NCBI GenBank assembly: GCA_030324005.1
Contig: JARDVH010000084.1
Span: 62,929,735 to 62,993,659, forward strand
Source of the DNA: Negaprion brevirostris
Taxonomy: Eukaryota
Reading direction: 5' to 3'
DNA: 63,925 nt
A program made the translations under genes and the position numbers. The notes under the pieces are model-generated. The model had not been told where the DNA came from. It saw only the letters and a program-made list of their open reading frames with translations, and did not search any database. Each line of letters starts with the position of its first letter. Position 1 is the first letter of the stretch. This document shows, piece by piece, positions 49,394-62,600 of this stretch.

Positions 49394-50898
49394 TACTTTT
49401 GATAGCTGCCAAGTGCAAAATTTGCTGCTGGTTGCATTGATGTAATCTGTTATTTTGCAAGAATGTTTACAAAACTTTTGATCTAAAAGGCTGACCTATA
49501 CCAATGTAAAGGGAGGGGCAATGGTCTACCCGCCCGGGGGAGTACAACTTACCACAAGCGGTCACATATATGTTATATAATGGATAGAACATTGTTCCAC
49601 TGGAGACAGGCCAAGGAAATAGTGGAGGGACATACATCTCTTCACTTTTATTATTGTTGCAGCGAATCTTTAGAAGATAGTTTACAGATATAATCTACAG
49701 AAAGCAATCGTGTTGTTAAGTATGTGGGATTTTGGCAGCTGGGGGCAAGGGTTGAGGGGAATAGAGCAGTGGGTTTTTGGTGTAGGCTGGGTGAGAAGGG
49801 AGAGATACTCATCCTGTCTTCAATGCTGCAAAGATCAACCTGACACGCAACTGGCACAAATGTCACAGCTTGTGGCAAGTTGTTTTCCCCAGTGTAGCAC
49901 AACACTGCCCCTCCCACCACAATGTTCATGCCAAAGGTCTTGACTTCAGGGTTTGTTTGAAGCCTTTCCCGGAAATCTACACAGCAGATTCAGTCTTACA
50001 AATTCTACAGTGCATCTCAATGAGGCAGGCAAGAGATTAATGCCACCAGACCCCAGCTGTACAATATGATCCAATCTGGAAAGGGTGGGATATGATTTCT
50101 GTCAATTCTGATCCAGTTTTGTTGCACCCACCCTATGAAGTGTGAGAACAAACATCGGCATCATAATATTGTGTGAATACTGTATACACTGCGATTGTTA
50201 ACAGTGTGACGATATGCAAAATTAGAGTATATTTGACTATATCAGTGTGAACACTATTCTTTAGCATTTCCCATTTGCGAGCCACTTCTTGCAAATGTTT
50301 GCTGGTTTTCCAGTTTGAGATTGGATTCAGTCAGTTTCCAATATTTTGATTCTGTTAAAATGTGGGTGAATCATTGGTTCATCTGGCACATATAACAACA
50401 TTAACTTCTGTCTCATATGATGGTGCAGTAGCTAGAATGTTGCTCGATGAGTAATAGAGTATGATTAGTTTTCTAAATTTACCATTTAAGCAAAAATAAT
50501 CGGTGACCTTTTGGATCAATGGCTTACAAAGATGTCAGTGTTGCGCGTGTAGGAATCACACAGCAGTTGAATGCTTATTTCAATGCTTATTTCATTCACA
50601 CTCAAGACATTTTTATGTTGGAGTGCTGGAAAAAGTGCTGGAGCTGTCTTGTGACAACTGAGGTAAAAATAACCTGAAGAGAGTCGTTTATTTGCTTTTT
50701 TGGGAAGAATTCAAAACAGACCGGATTGGGTTTTGTGTGTCAAACTCACTAGATGAGTAGCTGTTTGCAATTTCAGTTGTGTACAGTAATGAATTCCACC
50801 TCCCACCACCCCCCGTCCTTACAGATTCCAAAAATGAAACATAGTCATTGTTGTTAGCTTTTTGGGTCACCCATTTCACATTGACGCTCATCACATAG

Positions 50899-51546
50899 TG
50901 GCCATGATTCTCCCACCCACTGCACTATTGAATTACTGCAGCAGGCCAGGAGAATCACGTGTCAGCCAATTAATGGAGTTCTTGTGAGAGTTTGTGCCAT
51001 GCTTTCATCCCCAGGACTGGATTTCCATCTGCACTGTGTCGGAAATCAGCCGTGTGGCGGGGTCAGTGTTTAAATAGTGTTTAGCACACTATTTAAATAC
51101 TATGAGCTGGCCCGGAACTTAAGGCTCGCTAACATCCCCCATCCCGCCCATCACGCCAATGGAGTTCATACTAGCTCCCCGCTTTTGGGGAGCTAGCAGC
51201 CTGACCCCACTGAAGTGAAGGTGGGGGGAGCTATTGGGGCCACCCAAGGAGTTGGTTGTTGGCGGCTGGTGTCCCCCGGCATGGGCACCTTGGCAGTGCC
51301 AGCCTGTGACTCCTGGCACTGCCTAAGGGGGTGAATGCCCATGCCCAGGGCACACCTTGGCATAGCCATCAAGCATAGGGCAGTGCCAAGGGGGCAGGGC
51401 CTAAGTGGCAGTGGGGGATCCCACTGCCATTCTGCCACTGGGACAAAAGGGAGGTTCCAATCGGGCGGGGCAGGCTGGGTGTGGAATGTCGGGGAAAGGG
51501 GGTGTCTGCAGGGACCGGTTTGCCTGAGGGGGGGGATTCTATATTG
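50899..51546. mobile_element. GC-rich non-autonomous DNA transposon-like element (runs into gap)
   Basis: tggccatgattctcc..ggagaatcac end, tttaaatagtgt/acactatttaaa hairpin, and repeated tggcagtgcc/ggcactgcc motifs. Confidence 0.5.
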
Positions 51547-54049
51547 NNNNNNNNNNNNNNNNNNNNNNNNNNNNNNNNNNNNNNNNNNNNNNNNNNNNNN
51601 NNNNNNNNNNNNNNNNNNNNNNNNNNNNNNNNNNNNNNNNNNNNNNNNNNNNNNNNNNNNNNNNNNNNNNNNNNNNNNNNNNNNNNNNNNNNNNNNNNNN
51701 NNNNNNNNNNNNNNNNNNNNNNNNNNNNNNNNNNNNNNNNNNNNNNNNNNNNNNNNNNNNNNNNNNNNNNNNNNNNNNNNNNNNNNNNNNNNNNNNNNNN
51801 NNNNNNNNNNNNNNNNNNNNNNNNNNNNNNNNNNNNNNNNNNNNNNNNNNNNNNNNNNNNNNNNNNNNNNNNNNNNNNNNNNNNNNNNNNNNNNNNNNNN
51901 NNNNNNNNNNNNNNNNNNNNNNNNNNNNNNNNNNNNNNNNNNNNNNNNNNNNNNNNNNNNNNNNNNNNNNNNNNNNNNNNNNNNNNNNNNNNNNNNNNNN
52001 NNNNNNNNNNNNNNNNNNNNNNNNNNNNNNNNNNNNNNNNNNNNNNNNNNNNNNNNNNNNNNNNNNNNNNNNNNNNNNNNNNNNNNNNNNNNNNNNNNNN
52101 NNNNNNNNNNNNNNNNNNNNNNNNNNNNNNNNNNNNNNNNNNNNNNNNNNNNNNNNNNNNNNNNNNNNNNNNNNNNNNNNNNNNNNNNNNNNNNNNNNNN
52201 NNNNNNNNNNNNNNNNNNNNNNNNNNNNNNNNNNNNNNNNNNNNNNNNNNNNNNNNNNNNNCATTTTGTTCTTTATTCTGGTTACAAAGGACATGCGCAG
52301 AAGGGTAGGTACTGCTAATAAATGCACCCAGGCTACAAGTGATCATGTACAAAGCACTGGGATTCTTTGAAGAATAGTTTGCCTCTAATTAATGAATTGT
52401 TGAAGGTTTTCCTGACTTCAATCCAATCCAATTAGAAGTGACACAATGCTTGAAACCTGTGTTTCCTTGAATTTCATTCACAAACACTTGATGTTGCACT
52501 GAAAATGGTACAGCTGGACAACAACCCAGGGCAGTTCACGTCTGATTTTGAAATGCAGTTACATGCCAAGATTTGGATAAAGAGCAATGAAATAAATAAT
52601 CGATGAGTCTGTGTTCATTGAAGGAACACCAGGTGATGGGGGAAATAGCAAATGGTGCCTTATTAGTTGGTTGGCTGGTGGCAACAAACCATTCCATTTT
52701 GTTCCTTGTGGTGCAAAAGTTACCCATAACTCTTGGACAGTCTCACTTAGGGCCGAGGAGAAAATGGCTGTAAAGGAAAGGCCTCATCTTGCACTCTTGG
52801 ATCAGAGTTAGATATTCATTGATGGAAGCCATATTCCGAAACTGAAACAATGTTGATACTCAAGCCAAGTGTGAAGGACAGCAATGGTCTTCAAAGAATA
52901 TATTAAAGCTGAGATGTTGCTGCTCAAAGAAGACAAGGTTAGCTGCATTCTTGGTGTCCTAGCGAGCATTCCTCCCCGAATTAGGATCACCAAAACGTAT
53001 TAAGTGGTTACTCATTTCATTGCTATTTATTCACGGCACAGTAATGACACTGAAAAGTAACTTGCATGTGAAATCCTTTTGTATATTTTAGTGGTAAGTT
53101 CTTAAAGTGCAATTTTCTTTACTTACTCTTTGTTTAAACAGCAGCAGTAAGTGAACTCCTTGTTCAGGACACTGTGATGGAATGCTCTGCATTTTATTCT
53201 TTCTTTTGCCATCAATGTCTTGGTTAACTCATGTACTTGTTCAATAAGACTGGAACTGTTCTTTAGTCCATCACACTCTGCACGCCAGGAATTTCACACT
53301 ACCAGAAGCAAGCTGATTAAATGTTACTGACTTGAGTGTTTTATGAAATGGAAATGACAACAAAGTTTAAGTTAATTACAATAGAAGGGGGTTGCTGGAT
53401 TTGAAATGACTGATTTGCAATTTAGGGTCAGAGGCTATGGGTTTCTAATCTGTGAAGGGTTCTATTTTTTTATCTTGCAATCCCGTGACTGGTTAAATGC
53501 CAGCATTACACATAACTCCTGAGGCTGATTACTATACACAATTTTTACAATCAGCATTTTTACCCAACTTTTCCAACTCTGAGATAGAACTGAACTTGAA
53601 GCTGGGAACTCTCTGTGTCTTCAGAATTTGGACTTGGCCGAAACATACTTATCTCTGCAATGATTCTTGCTGGAGGTAAGGTTTTCGTACAGAGAGACGA
53701 TGAGAAAGTCGTCTTTTTCCTGTCCATCCCTTAGTGCCTGGGTATTTGGTGGTTTTGGCCTATTATACAAGGTACCTGTGGACTCCCTCAGTCAGGCAAA
53801 AGTTCTTGATGGGGTAATGACACAATGGTCTCTGGTGTGTGAACAGAGGAAGCTAATTCTCCCTGAGTTTTCTTTTCCCTTTGCAGGGAAGTATGGATCT
53901 TGCTTTCATGCCCCTTTATAGTGCCTGTTGAGATCAGCACAATATTTTCAGCTCCACTGCAGTATCCTTGTCATACCCACTATTAAATATTACTTCACCT
54001 AAATATTTCTTTCACAATATTGGATATTAAAAGTTACCTTTCAAATGCA

Positions 54050-54585
54050 GGTTTCTGTCAACATTCTTGGGTTAACCATTGACCAGAAACAACTGGGCTC
54101 ACCACTTAAACATAATGGCTACTACAGCAGCTCAGAGGCTAGGAATACTACGGTGAGTAACTCACCTCCTGTCTTCTCAGAGCTTATTCACCATTTACAA
54201 GGAACAAATCAGGAGTGTGATGGAATATTCCCCACTTGCCTGGATGGGTGCAACTCCAACAACACTCAAGAAATTTGACACCATCTAGGACAAAGCAGCT
54301 CACTTGGTTGGTATCACGTCTACAAACATTCAATTCCTTCACCACCAGCACTCAGTAACAGCAGTGTATACCATATACAGGGTGCTCTGCAGCAATTCAC
54401 CGAAGATCCTTAGACAGCACCTTCCAAACCATCGACCACTTCCATCTAGAAGGACAAGAGCAGCAGATACATGGGAACACAACACCTGCAAGTTCCCCTC
54501 CAAGCATACTCACCATCTTGACTTGGAAATATATCGCCATTTCTTCACAGTTGCTGGATCAAAATCCTAGAATTCCCTCCCAATT
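54050..54585 (+). mobile_element. CR1/L2-group LINE, RT C-terminal fragment (continues into gap)
   Basis: NILGLTIDQK..TIYK..RSVMEYSPLAW..TLKKFDTI remnants. Confidence 0.75.
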
Positions 54586-55949
54586 NNNNNNNNNNNNNNN
54601 NNNNNNNNNNNNNNNNNNNNNNNNNNNNNNNNNNNNNNNNNNNNNNNNNNNNNNNNNNNNNNNNNNNNNNNNNNNNNNNNNNNNNNNNNNNNNNNNNNNN
54701 NNNNNNNNNNNNNNNNNNNNNNNNNNNNNNNNNNNNNNNNNNNNNNNNNNNNNNNNNNNNNNNNNNNNNNNNNNNNNNNNNNNNNNNNNNNNNNNNNNNN
54801 NNNNNNNNNNNNNNNNNNNNNNNNNNNNNNNNNNNNNNNNNNNNNNNNNNNNNNNNNNNNNNNNNNNNNNNNNNNNNNNNNNNNNNNNNNNNNNNNNNNN
54901 NNNNNNNNNNNNNNNNNNNNNNNNNNNNNNNNNNNNNNNNNNNNNNNNNNNNNNNNNNNNNNNNNNNNNNNNNNNNNNNNNNNNNNNNNNNNNNNNNNNN
55001 NNNNNNNNNNNNNNNNNNNNNNNNNNNNNNNNNNNNNNNNNNNNNNNNNNNNNNNNNNNNNNNNNNNNNNNNNNNNNNNNNNNNNNNNNNNNNNNNNNNN
55101 NNNNNNNNNNNNNNNNNNNNNNNNNNNNNNNNNNNNNNNNNNNNNNNNNNNNNNNNNNNNNNNNNNNNNNNNNNNNNNNNNNNNNNNNNNNNNNNNNNNN
55201 NNNNNNNNNNNNNNNNNNNNNNNNNNNNNNNNNNNNNNNNNNNNNNNNNNNNNNNNNNNNNNNNNNNNNNNNNNNNNNNNNNNNNNNNNNNNNNNNNNNN
55301 NNNNNNNNNNNNNNNNNNNNNNNNNNNNNNNNNNNNNNNNNNNNNNNNNNNNNNNNNNNNNNNNNNNNNNNNNNNNNNNNNNNNNNNNNNNNNNNNNNNN
55401 NNNNNNNNNNNNNNNNNNNNNNNNNNNNNNNNNNNNNNNNNNNNNNNNNNNNNNNNNNNNNNNNNNNNNNNNNNNNNNNNNNNNNNNNNNNNNNNNNNNN
55501 NNNNNNNNNNNNNNNNNNNNNNNNNNTTGAAAAACACTGAACTAGCTTTCTCTGTGTTCTATACCATGGTAACTACATTCTTTGCCCACCTTTTAGTAGG
55601 GATAACACTGAATAGGAAGCTTGTTTTGATTATATAAACATTGAGCATCAATGCCTGTGCCTGCAGTTGCTTACATTGCAGGTTTTTGCTCTCAGCCAGA
55701 TTACTGGGACAGAACAAGAACAGAAAATGTTAGAAAATCTCCGCATCCAGATTTGAAACGTTAGCTCTATTCTTGCTCCATTCTGCCAGATCTGCTGAGA
55801 TTTTCTAGCATTTTCTGTTTATGTTTCAGGTTCCAACATTAGCAGTCACTGTTGTAATATTATACTGGGGAAAGAATCTGAGCAAAGATGATGCCCTTTC
55901 CCATTGAAGAGTGGGGTCAGGGGAGTTGGGGCAGAGGGGGAAGGAGTAA

Positions 55950-56830
55950 AGTGCTTTCAGCAGGAGGCTATATCCACCCAGAGGGCTCAGGGAGAAACTG
56001 TCCTCCCCAGACTTCAGTGAGGAACAACATGTGAGATGTCTCCATTTCTGAATCGAGATTTCCCAACTGAGAAATTCAAATCTGCCACTTGCTGCTACAA
56101 CCTCAGAGCAGGGCAAGGGTGGCATTGCCAGTGGCTGTGAAGATGCCCATGAACTTTTATGCATTTGGCTCCTTTCAGACTGGAGCAGACAATATTCGCA
56201 ACATCACCCAGTCTGCCATCCATGAGAGGTCACTATGAGGCTCTGTATTCCTAGGAAGCGCAATACGTTTTGTCTTTTTGCAGAGAGAAGTTGGCAGAGT
56301 GAGCCTGTGGTCTTGTGAGGATTGCTGGGTTTCCCATGGTGCAGGGTACCAATGGTAGCACAAAGGTTGGGCTTTGAATGCCAGCTTTAAGATGTACCCC
56401 AACCAAGAAGGAGTCCGTTTCATCAATGTCCAGCTGCTAAGTGACCATACATATAAAAAGCCGCACATATCAGTGCCCAGTTTCTCGCCAGTGGTCTTTA
56501 TTCTTTCATTCTGTGTCATCAGCATCTGAGCCGTCATGGCAAATCAAAGAGCAACAAGGGCTATCCACTGATGACTTGGCTCAGTGCTCCTGTGCACAGA
56601 GATGGGTGGCATGTATAAGCGAGATCCTTGCTGCTATCCAAAATATAATAGAACAGACGGACAGCCGCTATGCTGAAACAACATGTGGATTGTTTTGGAG
56701 GAATCCTGTGGAACTCAGCTGAAGGGGGCATCAAGATTTGAGTCTCCTGCACGCTGCACAATCTCACCATGTGGTGAGTAACTAAGACCCAGGAGGTGAA
56801 GGAAGAGGAAGGGAAGGAGTTCCTTCCGGG
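55950..56830 (+). pseudogene. Decayed PIF/Harbinger (HARBI1-like) DDE transposase
   Basis: Motifs in the expected order across frameshifts: RRLYPPR..SEEQ, ALPVAVK (56122), MNFYAFGSFQ (56149), FPMVQG (56330), INVQL (56422), KGYPLMTWL (56556), IEQT..MLKQ (56648), CTLHNL (56748), then an acidic tail. Confidence 0.8.
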
Positions 56831-59800
56831 TTTGACAGTCCTTGAGCAACCCATTCAACTGCAACACCAGAGAACACAATCTCAATTTTCCGTTTACCAG
56901 TGGCCCCACACAAACTCATCTTCCCTCTGTCATTCACCATCAAATAAATCACTTGGCTACAATGCCAAAATAAAAGCCAATACAAAATAAAAATTCCAGA
57001 CCAACTTTGTGGAATAAAACATGCTGTACTGCATGCAAATATCAACTAATCATCATAGTCAAGTGCATTTTCTTCATTCGTGTCTTCCATGAGTCTGCGC
57101 CTGTCCTGGTGCTCCTATACAATGTTAGCCCAGTGGTTGCAGCATGGCTGGTGGAAGGCTATGTACTGACTTTCATTAGGGGAAACTAAAGATGATCTTG
57201 CAAAATGACCCCAAACAGCTCTGGGCCAAGAAAGCCTGTCTTTGAACTGAACCACCTTGTATGATGGCAACAGTCTGGGTTGGCTGGCTGACTGGCAATG
57301 TGAAAGGCATTGGTGGAGTGCTAGTGGGGAGAGGGCACGTACAATTCTCCCCAGACGGGACAACAGGCACCTGCTCCATGGAGTCACTGCCAGTGACCTG
57401 GGGCAGCCCCTCAACAATCCCAGTAACCTTGCAGAGGACAGATTGCTAGAATGCCGCAAGGCTCTTGGAACAGTCATGTCCATGGGTATGGTGGCAGCAA
57501 TCTGAAACTATATGGCTAACTTAGCATGGTATCAGTCTGAGTTTCCACTCTAGCACTCAGGGATTGCGTGGCTTCTGTCTGTGCTGCAATGGAAGCTAAG
57601 ATATTGGCTGTCACATTGCTCCATCATTCATAGTCTACTAAAGTTGGCCACCATTTCCAGACTGGAAAGGATGAGTTCCAAGTTCTGTACTGAGTTCTGT
57701 GTAAAAGTGGTGCAGAGTTAACACCAAGCTCCTTCACAGTCAGAGAGTCAAAGAGCGGGATTTTACAGCCTCGATCATCCTAAAACCGTAAAATCCCAGC
57801 TGAGGTCAATGGAACTTTCATGGTCCACCCCTTGCCTGCTCTGATTCCTATGATGGGCAAGCCAGTAAAATTCCAGCCATGGTGTCATACAGCACAGAAA
57901 GAAGCCCTTCGGCCCATTTGTGTCTGCACCAGCCACAAGCACCTATCTATTGTAATTCCACTTTCCAGCCTTGTATAGTATAGTGTTCCAGTTGGGCATG
58001 TGACACACAGTCTTGAGTTCACCTTGAGCTGCTTTGAGTGCTTCAGCACCTCAATTCACTGTCAGTGTAAGAACCTTAGTCAACTATCCCAGTTTGACAT
58101 GTTCAAGTGCAGCAAAATAATCAAATGCCTGCAAGCTATCCCATAGCAACATTAAATTTGTTTGTATCACATTACAAGCATGTCCCAACTGAATTACAAA
58201 GGACTGAACGTGAGCTCCCAGTTCGTTGGTGGATCAGAAACTTTGACGTGGCAAGTATTGGCTACCACAGCAATTGAAGAACCACATGAGGTCATGTTGG
58301 GTTTTGGAATGCAAATATTTAGCTTGACATGGTCATGTGATCTCTGCTGTGAAAGTTTCCATCTTATATTCAGTTCACTAAATTCACTGCGCTGGAAAGT
58401 CAGCAGTGGTTGAGTTTGTAACAGAGTCCCTTATATCTTGCTAATAACGCACCATTTGATACAATGTCCTTCCTGTGAATCCCTAAAATTAGTTGCTGCT
58501 TATTGAGAAATATAGCTAGAAGAGGAAGGAAGACCAGTGCCATAGGAGAGGTGAAGGGGGACTCACATAAGTGAACAGATGAGGTAAATTGATCTGTAGC
58601 TGGAAGGCATGGATTATATGGAGGGAGGCTAAGGCAGAGGGAGGGAAGTGGAGGAGTTTAATGGACCCCATCCCTCTGGGGACTGACAGGATTGGGGTCA
58701 ATGCTGATTTATGTTGTATCCAATTGTACTCTGTACTGAATTCAGTGGAGGGTGATATTAGGTGTGGATTCACATCTGATGCTGTACTTGATTCCTGGGC
58801 TTCCTGCCTGGCACGTTCAGTTAAAATAGTTCCCACAGAGTTCCATTATTTTGAGGTCCTTGGAAAAGAATGGATCAAAGCATGTGATGTTGCAACAACT
58901 CTTGACTTGAACGGTGTTGGGAAAATAAGTGGAATATTTTCCTAAGGGTTAGGTGAGGGCATCATCCTCTCGTGGCTGTGACTGGGACTTTGTTGGTGGC
59001 AATTTAAGAAATCAAGAGGTTAGAGAATGGCCAATCATTGTGTACTAATCATTAAGAACAGTGCTTTCACACCACTTTCAGCAAATAATGAACCATTTAA
59101 TAGGAATTAAACATTGAAAATGTGGTTCATGCAGATGTGGAATGTCCAAAACTAAATATTGAAAAATTGGGCAAAATGTGCCAAAATCAAAGCCAAATTT
59201 AATGCAGATTGCTGTATTCCGCAACTTTCTACTCAGANNNNNNNNNNCTTTTGGACAAGTCCTCACTTTCCCCTCATCAAGGGCAATGGTAAACAGGATG
59301 GCTTAATCTGAATTTGCTGAAGTTTCAGCCTGAATTTGTCCAATTGAAAATGTGCCATTCACAGCATTTCTACACCACCTCACTGCTGCAGGGAAGCTGT
59401 GGGGAGTCTGTGCAAATAGGACCATTGCAGAAACATCCCAAACACATCACAGTGAATATGAAAGAGCCGGGTGAATTCTTAGAAAGAAATGTCAATCCAA
59501 CTGCAATACGATGATCTTCAACTCTGAAACAAATGTGCTCTTTCACTTGGAAACCCTGCAACATTGAACTCTTCTGTACTAATTGCTGGGATAGCCCTTC
59601 CAGTTAAAGCTACTCTTGTAAGGAAACAGGACTGAAGTCAAGATCTGAGTGGGGCTAGTTGCTATTTTAGGAGCTGCTGTTGACCGATGTCACTGGTGTC
59701 ATGACCTTGCACACTGAGCACATGGTGCTCAGTACGTTATGTTTTAAGCGTGCAGATATCAGCCTCCGGTTGAGTAATCAGGCGCAGTTGAGGTAAGCCG

Positions 59801-61344
59801 TTACTAAGTCAGAAAGGGAAGCGAAACCAGTGCTTAAACAATAACCAGGGGAATAAAAGACTAGCTGAAAGAAAAGTCCATGAATTAGATACTGAAATGG
59901 AGAGGGTGGGGGAGGAGCTGAGTTTTACAGTGTAGTATGGCTCCTTGGCAAAACAGCTAAAACTGAAATCTGAAAGGGAAATTTTGCTCAGGGGTTTTTC
60001 CAGAAAATGAATAATCCGTTTATGAGACACTTGAAGGCACCTCAGATTTTGTGTCATGTCTGAATGTCATGCAGCTGACAATCCAATTAGCTGTCTGAGC
60101 TCAGCACGGGGAAATTTGAAGGGAAATCTGTGGAGAGCACATTCTCCTTGGTTTGGAACCAGAAGGCTTATGTTGTATTCATACCAAGAGCAGTAAATAC
60201 TCAGCAGGTCTGGCAGCATCTGGGGAGGGAGAATCAGAGACCAAGATTTCATGTTTTCCCTGAGGATGGGTAACCAGGTTGGAGCTGGAGGGGATCGGGA
60301 ATGCAGGGGTCATAAATTTGAGTGCAATGATAGTGGGATTTGCCTGTCATCCCAATCCTCCAAATATTTATTTTTATTGAATCAAATTCCACCATCTGCC
60401 ATGATGGGACTTAAACCCAGGCCTCCAGAATGTTAGTTGAGTTTCTGGATTAATAGTCCAGTGATAATACCACTAGGCCATTGCCTCCTCAAGACCCCAA
60501 TTCTCCACACTGGTGTTTTATCCACATAAGGGATAGACTAATCTGTGGGCAGATTGAGGCCCTTAAATGGTCATTAATAGTCACCTAAGGGTGTCCTCCC
60601 ACCACCACTGAGAATTTCGCTGCTGACGGAGGTAGGCCATCACTAACTGTGGCTAGGAAAAGGAGGGGGTGCCTCTGGTTCGAGTACCACTTGCCCAATG
60701 GAGGTAAGCCCCCCAACTCAGCCCCCCCCCTTCAAGGTATTCCTCTGTAAGCCCACAACATTTCCCCTCTCCCTGGCATGTTGACTTGATCCCACAACCT
60801 CCCTCATGGCCTGGCCCTAGTGAGATCCTGATGTCGCTGTGAGCTCCTCTTGTGTGGGGACTGTCTGCAGGCCTAGGAGACCTGTTCTTGGTACCGGGGA
60901 TTAACCAGCAGCTGTCAATGGGGATGGAAGGCCTATGTCAAACTAATTAATGGCCCAGCCTGGTAAGGGCTGCAATATGGGAGTGAAGTTGCTCTCAACT
61001 TTGATATCAGGAATCAAGCTCCCACATAAAATTCTGGCCAGTTAACATTACAGGTCAATGACCTTTCAGTGGAATTCTGCAATTTCCTTTGAACAAACCA
61101 TGATGTCAAGTTTGGCACAATGGATGGCATTGAGTCAAAGAATCTTATAATAACAGATCGGTGGGAAGGTATTGAATTAGACTTAGCAGCCAAGACATTT
61201 GGAGTGTGGGCCAGAAATCATGCCAAGTCAGACAGCAGGGTTTGATTTTAAAAGCATTTCTGTGTTTCCCAATCACAGCCAATCAAATTGAAAACTGCCT
61301 GCCTATCAGTGGATAAACCCCAAAGCTGAGGATGTGGCATCAGG

Positions 61345-61615
61345 AATGAGTAAATCATTTGGGCTAAGTAACAGGGGGGGATAAGTCATTCGGGATAAGT
61401 AATTAGGAGAGGGTAAGTCATTACGGCTAAGTCATTAGGGGTAAATCATTAAGGGTAAATTATTAGGAGCGGTAATGCATAAGCGGGGAGGAGTAAGTCA
61501 TTGGGGTAAATCATTAGGAGGGGTAAGTNNNNNNNNNNNNNNNNNNNNNNNNNNNNNNGTAAGTAATTAGGAGGAATTTAGTCATTTGGAGGGGGTAAAT
61601 CATTAGGAAGGGGGT
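61345..61615. repeat. Degenerate roughly 20-bp tandem repeat
   Basis: Recurring gggtaa(g/a)tcattagg. Confidence 0.8.
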
Positions 61616-62054
61616 AGTATTCAGGTGATCGGATCATAGTTGATGAGGGGGATGTCAGAAAATTTGTGGGAGAGAAGAGTCATAATCAAGGGGGCAGTTG
61701 GTTAGATTGTGGATGGGAGTTGTTTGTCCAGATGTTGCTGGGGATTAGTCAAGTTACAGGATGGGTGGGTGGTGGGTTGGAAAGACTAGCCAGGGTGGAG
61801 GGAATGGAGGATTTCCTGTCCCTCCTGGCCCACAAAAAGATGCTTACTTCGTGGAGCCATCCTTCTAGTTCCACTTCAGCTACAATGCTTCCCTAATCTG
61901 GCGAAACTTGACCTGCAAGTATTTCAAAAAAAGTGACACAAAAATATTAAGCCTTTTCAAAACATTTAAAAGATAGGCTCACCTCCTGAGAACCTGTTGG
62001 TTCTGTTGATTTGTGCACCTTATTCATTTTTAACACGTGTTCTTCAATTACTGG

Positions 62055-62600
62055 CATTATATCAGAAGGTCAGGGGTTCAAATCCCACTCCAGAGGTTTA
62101 AGCACAAAACCTAGACTGACTCATCTGGATGACTGAGGGAGTGCTGCATTTTGGAGGCAATATTAAACTGAACCACCATCTGTAAAAGATCTCCTTGGCA
62201 CTATTCAATGAGAATAGTAAGAAGTCTCACAGTAGCAGGTTAAAGTCCTGAGTGCTGCTCCTTCATCACCTGATGTTGACGTTTTGAGTCTCAGCTGGCT
62301 CTGACAAAGGATCATCTGCATTTGAAACATCAGCTCTTTTCTCTCCTTACAGATGCTGCCAGACCTGTGGAGATTTTCCAGCATTTTCTCTTTTGGAGTT
62401 ATCCCTAGTACGAGATTTGACCAAGATTTATTTCTCAACCAATACCTAGAACTGAGGATCTGGTCATTATGTCATCGTTTCTTGTGGGAGCTTGCTGTAC
62501 ACAAATCAGTTGTCTTGTTTTCTACATTACAAAAGTGACCGAACTTCTAAAGTTCTTTAATGGATGTTAAAACACCTTGAGGCATCCAATAGCAACTAAA
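62055..62600 (+). mobile_element. DeuSINE/SacSINE1-like element split by Penelope-type termini (about 62215-62395)
   Basis: gggttcaaatcccactccagag head and actgagggagtgctgc core, which resumes after 62395. Confidence 0.7.

Noticed and set aside
51335-55540. Long ORFs spanning N runs (also 36324-36880, 40452-40947, 44098-44589 and others)
   Set aside because: Their length comes from assembly gaps translated as X.
61345-61615. Interstitial telomere
   Set aside because: TTAGG occurs only inside a longer, roughly 20-bp degenerate unit; there is no (TTAGGG)n tract.
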